DNA of 64,000 nucleotides from Lytechinus pictus (taxonomy: Eukaryota): assembly GCF_037042905.1 (NCBI RefSeq), contig NC_087251.1, positions 34,226,001 through 34,290,000 of the forward strand. The letters run 5' to 3'. Shown here one piece after another: positions 13,467 through 25,900 of this stretch; within the stretch, counting starts at the first letter, position 1; every line of letters starts with the position of its first letter. The notes beneath the pieces are model-generated. The model was given only the letters and a program-made list of their open reading frames with translations, did no database searches and was not told the DNA's origin. The translations under genes and the position numbers were made by a program.

Positions 13467-13650
13467 ATGGAAAGTGACGACCAAAGTCGGAATGATGTTG
13501 CATTTGGGAAAATCAGTGAAGAGGAGAGAGAAAACCATGAACTTTCCTTCGAAGATGACTTTTCACCGGTGAATAGTAATACAAGCAGCTACAATAAGCA
13601 GAATCAAGAAAGGGAAGAATGGCAAGCAGACGGTTATTTACAGTCTTTAG
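13467..13650 (+). CDS. CCDC32: CCDC32 coding exon 1
   Basis: aacaaaATGG Kozak-like context; ends TTTAG|gcaagt. Confidence 0.8.
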
Positions 13651-16600
13651 GCAAGTGTCTTTTTTTTTTTTCAATACACGGTCCCACTGGTTGATATCAG
13701 CGTAGGCCTGGGGTATTTTAATTTTTGCGTTGCCGTTGGCGTTGCATTTTGGTGTCCAGCCGAATTCCGAATTAGTCTTAGGCTTATTATATTTCCATTC
13801 AAAATCAAAGCAATATCTAATTAGAGAACGGGCCTCAAGATCAAGTTAAATCAGAATCAAGGCCAGGCAAGAGGCAAGCCAGGGCAAGAAATCACTTTTT
13901 TTTTTAGTTACGACTTACGCGCTGGCACTCACACTAGTACGAGGTTAGTATATACTAACCTCGTACACCGAACCGTGTTTGACCCTTGATTTCGAAGTAG
14001 TCGGCAAACATCGCTTCATTGCTGAAGTAATATTTGCCGAAACTCCTTCTCGCTACTCACCGGGGCTCTTTCCGGTAAGTAGCAATACATTAAAAAATTA
14101 AAAATGTAATTTGAATATAATAATCGGTCAAAAAGAGCAAATTTCGCTTACCTCGGCCTGGAAAGTAACTTCGCTTGTCTCTTCTACGGAAATACAAGGA
14201 GGCCCGTTGGTGGCGCTAATAAATTTCACAACCTTGATTCAGCTCCTCGGTAATTTTATAACTGTGTCTAAATTCTTTGAATGCGCAATTCTTATGATTA
14301 ATTTACTAATTACGGGCACCAATAAATGAAATACCTTCAAACATGTCAAAAATATAATTCAAGATTATTATTGGCGATGATAACACTTTTCTGCAATTAA
14401 TTTAAAACAATGACTAATAAAGAAAAATTGAAAAAAATATACGTGCCTGGAACGAAACCAGCAGTACAGGCTTTAACGAACATCAATAATACGGTATACC
14501 AAAGTCTTTACAATGAAAAGATTGGACACTTCACGGACTTTGCGTAATGACCTGCGTCAATTTGCGTGTAAAATAGTCTAGGTGCCTAGTCTTTCCCTTG
14601 TCGTGACTTTGATATGAATATAAATTGCGCGCCCTCTTTAGACGAAAATTGCTATCGGCGCTGACCAAATTTTATCTCCGTGAAATCTTCACTAAAGATC
14701 AAGAAAATATACATATTTTTTAGAAGAAACTTCAAGGAGAAGTCACGGAAGGATCTAAACGATTGGGTAAGTGTCATAGCAGAATGTGAAATCCCTAATT
14801 ATGTGTGATGTTTTATGTGGGCGAAAGCCCAGTAGTATATGGATGTGTCGTGTGTGTCGCGTTATTATGAATGATATTCCTTCGCACGCGAGATGATATG
14901 AGCCCATGGGTGACGCGCTGGTTGTTTGTCATTGCTTCGCATGTCTCTTCCACGGAAATAAAAGGAAGGTCGTTGGTGGCGCTAGTACAATTCACTACCT
15001 TAATTCAGCTCATCGGTATTTTAAAACTAGATTCTTGATTCATTGTATGCGCAATTCCCATGATTGTTGATAAAATATAGACACCAATAAATGCAATAAC
15101 TTAAAAAACGTACCTTTTAAATTATTTTTGCTGACGACAATACTTTTTGGAAAACATTCAAAGCGGTGACAAATTAAACAAAAAATAAAAATTCTACGTA
15201 CCTTGAACGAAGCCCGCAGTGCTACCGTTCGTTTGTCAATACACATTCCACCAAAGTCTTTACAGTAAAAAGATTGGACACTTTGCCGACTTCGCGTAAC
15301 GTTTTGCATCGATTTACGTGTAAAACAGTTTTTGGGCCTAGTCTTTCCCATGTAGTGTCTTTGATATGAAGATAAATCGCGCGCCCTCTTTAGCTAATTA
15401 GACAAAAAATTTGGGAAATAGCAAGCAAGCTCCGTATTTTGTCAACGAGAAGAAAAATCAACGCTTACATGTAAATGACGCTATTTGAGGGATATTCATC
15501 ATATTACTATTAGGGGGAATTGACTTCAAATCGTTAAGTAAGTTTCGTAGAAGTACCTGGTTTAACAAACTTCTGAAATTCGCGAGAGTTTGTTGCAATT
15601 TTGCAAGCACCGCGCCCCCGGGGGGGGGGCACTCGACCAAAAAAGTAGTGGGTATGTGCCGCAGGCTTATTGTAAAAAGGAGGGTCCTCGGAACGGGCTT
15701 CGGAACGACAAAATGTTTGTGAAAACGGGGGTCCTTGGAACGGGTCGCTTGCGTGTGCATCCCTATGGAACGGGCATACGTGTATATGCAGCTAGTTTGC
15801 AGCTAGCCCAGCGGCACTGGCGCCGGGTACGCTCGCGCAGAGGCGATGGTCGGACAGCGCTCAGCGGCCGCTTTTCACCAAAATTGCAGCTCATTGTGGC
15901 GGATCAATGCGACCGGAACGGCGTAACGAAAAATATGCGAAGCTTTGGAGCGGATTTCTTTCTTCTTTTCTCTCGATAAGAAGAAAATGCTATGCTTTGG
16001 AGCGGCTTTCTTAGATCTTTTTCTTAATAAGATGAAAATGCTATGCCCTGGAACGGAAATTTGAGTGTAAAAATGGGGGTCCCCTCCGCGGCACATACCC
16101 ACTATGCATTATATACTGAGTGCCCCCCCCCCCCCCCCCCCCCGGGGCCGTGCCTTCAATTTTCCTGTACACGGCGGCAGTAATGCACCCATGGGTGGGT
16201 GTTTGTGGGTGTTTACCCAAATACTGAACGCCCTAACAAAGACAAACTTACAAAGTTAGTTTGAATTTGAAATGTATCGAATACAATTCCTGAACCAAAT
16301 AATTTGTCAAATCATTCCTAGTGAAGTAATTTTGCCATTTACATGTAGTAGCATACTGATATGTATTACTATTAGTCTGTGTATTGGTCTATGTGTCTAC
16401 ATATATATTAAGTATTGAGTGTGTGTGAGGGGCGCTCCTGATTGGAGCAGTATGAATGTGTTCTCCCGCGTCGCTACCCTTGTGTCACACAACACACAGA
16501 AGTTGGTCCTAGGTTGGGATCAGGCATATGAGATAAAATATAGGGAGAAGATGCCAACGAGTGTGGATGCATGCAACCCAGCTGCTCCTGCACTTTGCGC

Positions 16601-17356
16601 AATTGTCTGTTAAGTACAAGCAACCTGCTACCTTGTGGAATCTTTAGTACAAGTGTCAAGTAATTATTTGTTGTTGTCAGTGTCTCATACCGTTAGTAAC
16701 CCATTTGTCGTATTTGTGAGTCTCAATCCTTGTCAGTATTGTCCCGTCTGTCATAATAACTAACCACTCAACCACTCCATCGTATCTCTCGTGCCACCAC
16801 ATCTAACCCATGAAGTCCTCTATCAATTTTACTTCACTAGTAAGAAGTATTGATGTCTAAGGTCAAAATTATGGAATTGAATTAATTCAATAAAGAAAAT
16901 AGATTCATGAGCATTCGGATTATTGCCTAACTTTTACTCTGCATGTGTGAAAGAGCGGTTTGCCATGTAATTGTGGGCATAAATGGAAAGTTAATTTATA
17001 TCATTTTATTCTATCTTTCTGCAGAGGTGAAGTTGCAAAGGCTTCGGGGAAAAACAAGTACTGGTCAAGCATCGAACAAGAAAATAACTTCCAGAGATAT
17101 CCTCCGAACTCTTGATGAAGCCAGGCAGGATTCAGCCAGACATCTCATCTCCTCTGACTCCGCCCATGATTTCTATGATGGTGACTGCGATGCTAGCGGT
17201 GATACTCAGGTAGCTGCTCTGAAGAGGAGGATGTTCCCCGAGCAAGCCTTGTCTACTGAAGAACTGCAGGAGTTGCTGATGAGAGACTTCTTACAGGCAG
17301 TAACACAGGAAGCTGCTGAAGAGCAAGCCGATGACGAGACCTCTGGTAGCAGATGA
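13467..17356 (+). CDS. CCDC32: coiled-coil domain-containing protein 32 homolog; join(13467..13650,17025..17356), 171 aa from this ATG (a further upstream exon is possible)
   Basis: Spliced product contains FEDDF...YLQSL/EVKLQRLRGK...ITSRDILRTLDEARQD...LKRRMFPEQALSTEELQELL, matching my recollection of CCDC32/C15orf57 (FSDSF, YLASLEKKLRRIKG, VTSKDMLRTL, AVSTEEVQYL). Donor AG|gcaagt (GC type), acceptor ctttctgcag|AG, phase 1. Confidence 0.88.
14176..15392. repeat. diverged direct repeat of ~450-465 bp (about 14176-14641 and 14945-15392) inside a larger unclassified intronic insertion
   Basis: cggaaata...gttggtggcgcta...gattggacactt...gcgcgccctctttag occurs twice. Confidence 0.8.
15616..16147. 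mobile_element. MITE with CCCCGGGGGGGCACTC-type terminal inverted repeats
   Basis: ccccggggggggggcactc...gtgggtatgtgccgcagg pairs with ccgcggcacatacccact...gagtgcccc...ccgggg. Confidence 0.8.
16344..16801. mobile_element. probable solo LTR
   Basis: TG...CA ends with short inverted termini tgtagtagca / tgccaccaca; 458 bp; flanks taca/tcta are not a perfect TSD. Confidence 0.5.
17025..17356 (+). CDS. CCDC32: CCDC32 coding exon 2
   Basis: tgcag|AGGTGAAG ... AGA TGA. Confidence 0.9.
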
Positions 17357-18030
17357 TATGACCGTTGTTTACAAGGGCTTTCTTCAACCCAAGTCGATGA
17401 ATGCGGTTGCTGCTGGTGCCCACCACAGCTACGTTGCTGCCCTTTCAATCTCCTGGCCGTGGTTCTAAGGTGATTTTCTAAACTATTGCCTTGCCATCTG
17501 AAGGGCTCACTGAAAGTGCAAGGGCTGATCATGGTTTAACCCTTTGGAAAATAATATTGATGATACCTCATGGTTCCAAGTGATTGATTATCTGATAGGA
17601 AGTTGTCACCGATTGGCTTAAGAATGGTGTTTTATCAGTTTCTGTCATAAACTTGTTGATGACAGAATTCATAACTACATTGTTCAGTGATGGAGTACAG
17701 GCAAAATCCTTGTAATGTTAGTCCCACATTTGTTTATTTTTTAATTTGAGAAGATATCAGTTAGTTAGGTCAGGGCAAATGATCTTAATAGAATTGTGCT
17801 ATTTAAAGGGGCTGTTACACCTGGATGTTATAACCTGTGAATGCTGAGCAGGCAAAGTATGTATGGAAAGCTGAATTCTTATTTCATGCCTTTTTTCAAC
17901 ATCACAGAGGTTTTTTTCTCATATAAGGAATTTGATTATTTTGACATTTTATATCGTGACCAAAAGGCAATTCTTGATATTGAGAAATAGGATTGAATGA
18001 GAAAACATATAGGTTATTTCAGCCACTTAA

Positions 18031-18409
18031 AGGTATTGTTTAACTTTGTGAGCAGCCGATTTAAAAAATTCTCAAACCAAGATGAAACATGTGTACAAGT
18101 GCATGTATTAGAACTAATATACCCTGAAAACAACCACTATTGAGAATGAAAAGCTAAAACTACAAGGCAAACCCCGATTTTGTAAATAGGCGTCTTATAG
18201 ACGCCTAAATAGTACACATAAGTGTATGGGATGAAATTAAGATGGTGTTTTCGGTAACTTTATATTTCAATTTTTGAAGCACTAAATAATTATTTTCGAA
18301 TGCAATTTTTTCTGGGCTTCATTTTTGTAACATATCACACACACAGGTGACAAGTGTGACCTTCTAGCTCAGATTTTTTAAAAAGTCAAACCAATGTTAA
18401 CCAATCACT
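18031..18409. mobile_element. Kolobok-like MITE with TTAA TSD
   Basis: ttaa|aggtattgtttaac ... gttaaccaatcact|ttaa. Confidence 0.7.
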
Positions 18410-19569
18410 TTAACCAAGGCATTACTCAATGTGATTCATGGTGTAAAAATAAAAAAAAATGAAAATATTCAATTGAATGAAATTGTTATTCCAATTTCAT
18501 CATATGAAATTATGATGACACCATAATGGAATCATGTCAAAAGAATATCCACACCACTCCTGACCTTTTTTTTACTAGAAGTTTATACCGCATTTTTATT
18601 CATGTGCACAAGTGGGTTGATTTTTTTTAAAATGTCTTTTGAAATTATATGACTTCCTTCATGAAACATTTGTATTATTTTGTTTTCATTTCTTAAACTG
18701 CATTGTTTTATATCTATATTTCAAATTATTGTGTAACACTCGTATGATTATGTAATTGATTTTCTTTTCACTTCCTTAAGAAGTATTATGTAAAGATATA
18801 GGATTATATCCTGTAAATGAGAAAATTCATCTTATGCTATAAGTTATTTCTGAAGACTTTACACATACTTCCTAAAACCTCTCAAGAGGTTACTGCTTTA
18901 CCATAGTCCATACATCAAATGTAACCTTATAAATTTAAATTTGATAAAGAAACATTAACATCATTTTCTATCAATTAAATATTTGGAAAATTTGAATATC
19001 TCTTTGAAGGTTATCATTGTTTTCATTGTGATTCCAAGGCCAGCTTTTTCATACAATTTCTATGAATTTATTTGAATTTAAGTGCAATCATGATAACATT
19101 AAGTTTGAATATAGAGCTTGACCAAACCATTGTAAGATCTTGAAAGCTTCTTCCCAATTATTGTATATAAAAAAAGAAATCTTGAACTATCTTTTATATA
19201 TGAGTAAGTATAAGATCAATCAGAAAGCATATATTTGTGTGAAGTATATATTGAGTAGTTAATGGGATTGAGCTTGTGAATACACCCAAACATTCCGTTT
19301 ATCACAACTCCAAAGTTCCTGATTTTCTTATATATTAGAAATTACCTTCGATATGTTACTTTGAACATTGTCTCCCATCCATATGCAGATATCTAATTAT
19401 CCTTATCTCGTTGAAACATACCTCATATATTTTTCTTGTATTTTTTTCTTGTTATTATTGAATTATATCCATTACCATTTGATAACTTAAATTGTTGTAA
19501 TGAATTAATGATGGAACTATTTGATTCCAACATTGGAATTTCTATTTTCGTCAAAGATGAACAGTTGGC

Positions 19570-20082
19570 ACAGAGAAATCCACCCATACAAAAAGATTGA
19601 TCAGAATTATCAGTGAAAATCAAATGAGCGTAATACCATAAATTTTATCAAAATCGGAAAGAAAAGTAAAAAGTTTAAATTTGTTCATTTTCACCACATA
19701 TTATGAGCCGTATGCAAATGAAGGAACCAGTGACATCACACACCGATTCTTCTTTTTTTATCATATGAAATGTGATGTACAGTACTTAATTTTCCCTATA
19801 AGATCTGAAACTTAATATGCTTTTTCATGATTACTTATTGTGATTTTTTTAATATCCTTTTTATCATCAAATTTATATAAACTGAAAAATATGCATTTCA
19901 TATATGAGTGTGTGACATCAACTCCCTCATTTGCATACTGACCAGGATATGCATACAACTATGTGAAATATTGTAAGTTAAAATGCCTCAACTTTTTACT
20001 TCCAATTTTGATGAATTTTCAGTGCTACATGCTTGTCTGAATTTCTCTATTTAAAGTAATTCTGTGTGTGGGATGCACTTCA
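19570..20082. mobile_element. degraded copy of the Kolobok-like aggtcaagtccacc family
   Basis: Retains aaattttatcaaaatcgga, tatgcaaatga, atttgcatactgaccaggat, ttttgatgaattttcag. Confidence 0.6.
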
Positions 20083-22816
20083 AGTGATCTAAATCTATAT
20101 ATTTTTCTTTTTATATTTTTCTCAAGTAATTTATAATTTCTCCATATCCCCCCCCTCTCTCTCTCTCTCCACTCTGTCTTTTTCTCTCATTCTCTCTTTT
20201 TTCATTTATTTATTGACAATTGCTCTCTGTTTGTATCCCTTCCCTCCTCAATTCTGTTCTTAGTTTTGTTACTTTTCTTTCTCACTTTGAACTGTCTATT
20301 TCATACCCTGCCTCGATGTAATTCATGTAAATCAGAAAAAACTCATTGATATTAATCATATTTTGATGGTTTCAATTTATTAGCAATAAAAATCTATATG
20401 ATACAAATCAAATATGAAAAATGTACAATGTCTCTTTTGTAAGCACTGTTCAGCATGAAATATTGCAACAAAACACTTTATTGCATAGGTGAAATATGTT
20501 GAGAATTGGAAAAGACAACAAGGAAATCTCACAATTATGCAAATGTATATAAAAAAACCTAATTATCAGAATCCTATCACTCATACATTCTGATGATATA
20601 ATATTTTGGGAATAACTGCATCATAAACTACAAAGGGCCCCTGCAATCTAAATTCAGGTTGAATCCTATAGATGCCCAGTGCTCAATGAAAGTCGTAATA
20701 CGATCCAGATGTTTTGTAGATTTAATTTTGGAGGAGCTTAGCAAGTTGAACAAATTCTTTCATTAATGAGCCTCAACAGAACAAAACGTAATTATTTGCT
20801 CCTGTGGTCTATATAAACTGCATGCAAAAAAGTTATGACATTAATGGTTAACATTCAAATTCATTATTTTGAACAGAGTATAATACACATTTTTTGCCTG
20901 TTGTGTTAATATTTATCATTAAAAAGGAAGAAAAGTGAAATGGGGTATGCATAGCTTGATGGAAAATGATAGTTTTAATGTCGTGATATTGTGTTCATAA
21001 TAATGATGCTATATATTTGTTGTACAATGCATATTATGTTTATCACTATTATTATTTTTATCATTATCAGGGATTGAAATGCATAATATGCTAACTATTG
21101 TCATGGTATATGACTTCATATATCATTCATAATATGTAGTATACTCAAATATTTTCCAGAATATTGGTCTTTTTAATCATGTTTGTTATACATTGTTAGT
21201 TGTATTAGAAACTACTTTTATTATTTGTGAGATCATGTCATTCAATAGGCTAATCACAAACTTATCATACATTTTCAACATTTGTTTTTTTAAACAAGTT
21301 TTGTGAAACAGGTCCCAGTTTCAGACAAAATGGTACAAAAAACCTCTAATGTTTTCATAGGATTATATTTCAAGTATTTAAGCATCCACATCTCTTTTTC
21401 AAAGTATGTATAGGCACATGCATCCACATCAATTCAATATTCAAAATCATTTTCCTATAATGAAAGACTTGGTCTTTAGACTAATTAATAGCTGAAAAAT
21501 AATGTACATTATTTCCAATTGATAAATGTGTCAAATTTAACTTTTAACTCGCATGAAAGTAAACACCTTTCCATTGTGAAAAAAATGTTATTGCATCCGA
21601 GGAAAACAAATGAAGGTGGGTGATAGATGAAACCGGTACTGCATGAGTATTACAGAACCTAATACTTAAAGATAGTTTTAGATTGCAATATTCACTCTTA
21701 CATACATGTTTGAATATTTTAACAATTTATAATTATTCATTAACAAAATATTAATGAATAAGCTGCGATTATGAGTTTATTTTCTTAAACTTTAATTCAT
21801 CTTTTTACTTCTTCACACAATAAAGAAGGTTGGATGAAAAAAGTAATTGCTCAAATTTAATGAAAATTATAATGGGATACAAGTATTCCTAAAAAATACT
21901 AATATTTTACATAATGCTGGTTTTGGTAAGTCTCTTGTGATGCCCGCATCACATGGTTTCAGTCGAGGGGGGAGGTTCACAAAAATATTAGTTGGACTAC
22001 TAAACGTCGAACTTGAATTCCAAGTTGCATTTTGTATAAGATGATTCAGCAATACTAAAGATTACTGGGCCTCCTGCGATGCGTGCATCAGTTAACTCTA
22101 TGTGGAAAAACATCTTCGTATTGCTAGATATCATGTGTAGAGAGAAAAAATTATTGAGATACTTTTTTGAGGTACATGTAGCTTTATTGGGATGAACAAA
22201 ACTTAAATAATACTACAATTATATCAACGATTGTTGTTACGAAACCGACTCAACCGACCGATGGTATGTCAATGTCATTGGAAATAGCTTTGATCGGTCT
22301 GGAGTCGGTGTCATTGATGAAACTGAAGCATTAGGGAGAGATAGTTCTAGGAGGAAACAATATAAATTCTCGTGAAGTACTTTGAGGCTCCCGACGATGG
22401 ACGGATCTAATTTATGTTATTTACTGTTGACGCGTTTTCTTCACTCCCAAACGTTTGCAGCACTTTCAATCCCCTGCTTCCATCGCTCCATGATTTCTGG
22501 TGTTAATCTTGTATTTCCACAAGCCAAACTTATAAATTTAGTAACTGTAGATGGATATCGCCTTGCTCGTTTTAAGACTCTTTTTCTTTAAATCCGAACT
22601 TTATCCCGAATCTTTGATATTTCCACAGTAGGTCTATGCGCCGTTCCTTTCTTTTCATACATTCATGTCACTATACACAAACGATAACACTGCGAAAGTC
22701 GTGATAAACATCCAGATCATGACATCACATATAAAAAAATCGACGAAATCTTTTTATCGTTCGTTTGCTCTCAATGTCGAGATCAACTGTCTTTTGATAC
22801 ATGGTGTCCATGTTGA

Positions 22817-22930
22817 TCAAACACTGAAAGCGCTTGTGAAGAAGAGTCCATGATTGCGACCCATCTTGGCAATGGTAGCGGGCATGGGTGATTGGTAGGT
22901 CTTCTCATACGAGCCCGGGCCAGGAACTTT
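22817..22930 (-). CDS. STPG4: STPG4 last coding exon
   Basis: cattacag|AAA ... GTT TGA; KVPGPGSYEKTYQSPMPATIAKMGRNHGLFFTSAFSV*. Confidence 0.9.
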   Translation of the reverse strand, partial: KVPGPGSYEKTYQSPMPATIAKMGRNHGLFFTSAFSV

Positions 22931-25900
22931 CTGTAATGCACACAGATGACAAAAAATAATAATTACCAAATGTTGATCATTCCCACAAATAGCATTTCTA
23001 TGAATGTCACAAGATTTCTCGTAAACTGTATATGTTACAGTTACTAATATTTTGGAAATGCATGACTGTACTGCCCAATTTATAGTTTTATTTTGCTCAG
23101 TCGTTATTCATTTTGCAATACAACGAAATAGAAATGAACGAAATGGTAATGAACTGCTCATCCAACAAAGTTACACAAAATTGAACTTCAGTTCTTTGTA
23201 ATTTGTAGTGATTTGTAATGAATTAATGGGGTCTATGGGGGGGGGGGGGGGTATAAATGATTTTGTATGATATAGGTCTTACTAAACAAAGCGGAAACGC
23301 GAATGAGAGAAAATCGACCAAAAGCACAATATATCTTGTATTTTTTAACATTAATTAAGAATACAATAAAAAGTGTATTTTGTACAATATTTTCTGAGTA
23401 AGTTGTGGATCTGCATCCTCTTACCGTATGTGATGTGGCAAATCTTGGCGTGCGTGACTTGAAGCTAGATGAGATCTGATGCAGCGCTGGGGGTTCACGG
23501 TATTCATATTGGCACGGGGGCGGGTTCTTCGTCTAGATAAACAAAGAAAAATAAACATCAATTTATATATCAGTCAAACTTGTTGAGGCCACACAAGGGA
23601 AATAGAAAAAAAAAGAAATGACCATTGTAGACACGTGCTTACACAGGATATTTCTTTGAAATAGGAGACAATTTTGGTGGCCACTAAAGACAGGGATCAT
23701 TGAGACTGGTTTGATGGACTGTAGCATAAAAGTATTGTTCAATTGAACAACCAATAATGTAATATTTTGGTGATACTGACAAGGGGGAGTGAAATAATTT
23801 CTTATTATATACTGAATGCTTGTAAATATCAAAAAGTTTGATTCATCTATACAGTAGTTCAACAATCAATAATTTGACTTTCCTTTTTTCAAAATTAAAT
23901 AAGCGAACTGGTTTGTTACTGAATGTTATAAATATCAGTTACAGAATGCGCGTTTGATCTGTTTCGTTAATCTGATTAACCGTATCTACACTGTTAAAAA
24001 ACCCTGATTTTACAGGAAAAAAGGAGAAGATTTTGCAGAAAGCAATAACAGAATCATTCTGTAAATTCATTAAACATGAATTTTTCTGCAATTTAACAGA
24101 ATAGGTCTGTTTAAAAGGGGAAAAGGGTGTTTTATTTAAGGAAATGTGTAAGATTCCATACACGAAATAGCAATTTCTTGTAAGATTACGCAATCTGGTA
24201 AGATTACAGGTGTTCTCGAGACTCTGCTGCAGGAACTTCTTTTATTTTAAGGATAAATTTTCTAACAGTGTAAAAAGACCATTCGTCTTTCTTGCAGAAA
24301 CAAATAAACCTTTATTTCTCTGGAGACATCGAAATATATATTTTATAATTCTTTATAAATTTATTCTTCTAATGTTGAAAGATAAGATATTATTGTGGAC
24401 ATAAAAATACTTACCCCTTTAAAATAGATAGTTGGAAACCTCTGCGAATTGGACTTGAAAACCATATGTCTGCGCGAAAGAAAATACAAAATAAAAATCA
24501 TTGATAAGGTTTTTTTGCCAACGTCTTTATCTGATCTCCTTCTTCTTCAGTCTTTTTCTTACTATTTGTTTTATTATTATTATTATAATTATTGTTATTG
24601 TTATTATTATTATTGTTATTATTATTATTATGAATCTTATCATTATCATCATCATAATTATTTTTACTTTCATGATATTTATTATCATGAGTAGTATTTT
24701 CATTATCATAATCACCCCTTCCTCTTCATTCTTTTAGGGGGGGGATGAGGGGGTTGATAAACATATCTAAAATAACCGAGTATCTCCTGAAACTTAATGA
24801 GAAATGACTCACTTTGAAGGTGACTTCTCGACAGCACACGATAGAACATTCTCCATTTTGTATGAGGTGGGACACACGTTGACGTCCTGAAAATATATAA
24901 AGAAAAGATGACAATGCACATCAATATTTCATTATCTAGCGAGGACAGAAAACTCGTGTCAATGGTTGGTGATTGAAAAGGACTCAATTATTACGAACAA
25001 TTGAGGAACATAATCTATACCTGACATAGACGTAATAATCAATACTGTCATAACTACTGAAACGCAGTAACCGGGTTTTGTGACATTGTTACATAGAATT
25101 GAAAGACATTGTTTTCGAACCAACATTGAACGAGAAACAGATTACAGAGACGAAAGTTATACTGTTGGGGCAATCTTTTCATCTGTACTTTCTTTATGAA
25201 TAATTCATTTTTTCTAATTATTTATTAATGTATATTTTCATTATTCTTATATTATTTGTTATTTGTATTATTGTCTTTTTCGTTGTTCGGGGGGGGGGGG
25301 GGGTGGCAGAAAAAAACAAAACCGGAATCTATTTCCCTTGAGAGACTCTGACATGGCTGAAGATAGTTCGAATTTTACTTTGTTTATGAATTTAGATGGG
25401 AGAGGAGTAATTTAGAGCAAACGATAAACGTTTACCAAAACTATTTTTATCATTTGCCCTTTTTGTCATTTGCATGTAAATCTAATCTAGTCTTTAAATC
25501 AACTTTCATCATTCTTCCATGTTAACCTGGATCCATAGCCTTACGTAGCGGGGGGGGGGGGCAGTTGCCCTATAAATTTTGAAAGCTTACATTTTTTGAC
25601 TGAAATTTTTCACAAAATCCTCCCAAAAAATGTGCACGAAACCATTAATTTCGCTTAAGAAAATGCAAAGCGCCAGAATGACAAGCTTCGCTCCCTCGCG
25701 TTCGAGTTTCTTTTTTTTTTAATGTACGCTTCACCCTCGGAAAAAAAATCTGCATAATTATGGCCATGCCTGGATCCGTGCAGGTGGCTTTCGTAAATTC
25801 CACCAACGACCACTATAAAACAAGCAGGTGTTGTAATGAAACAGGTAGATTTACTATTATTGATTCTTATACCAGCTCGAAATCAATTTAATATCAGAGA

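Noticed and set aside
19423..19623. CSSLTKIEIP resembling a BspA-type LRR
   Set aside because: Single short match at a repeat boundary; the surrounding 18.8-19.5 kb looks more like a decayed LINE and cannot be supported.
24449..24737. Ile/Tyr-rich ORFs
   Set aside because: They are translations of a trinucleotide microsatellite.
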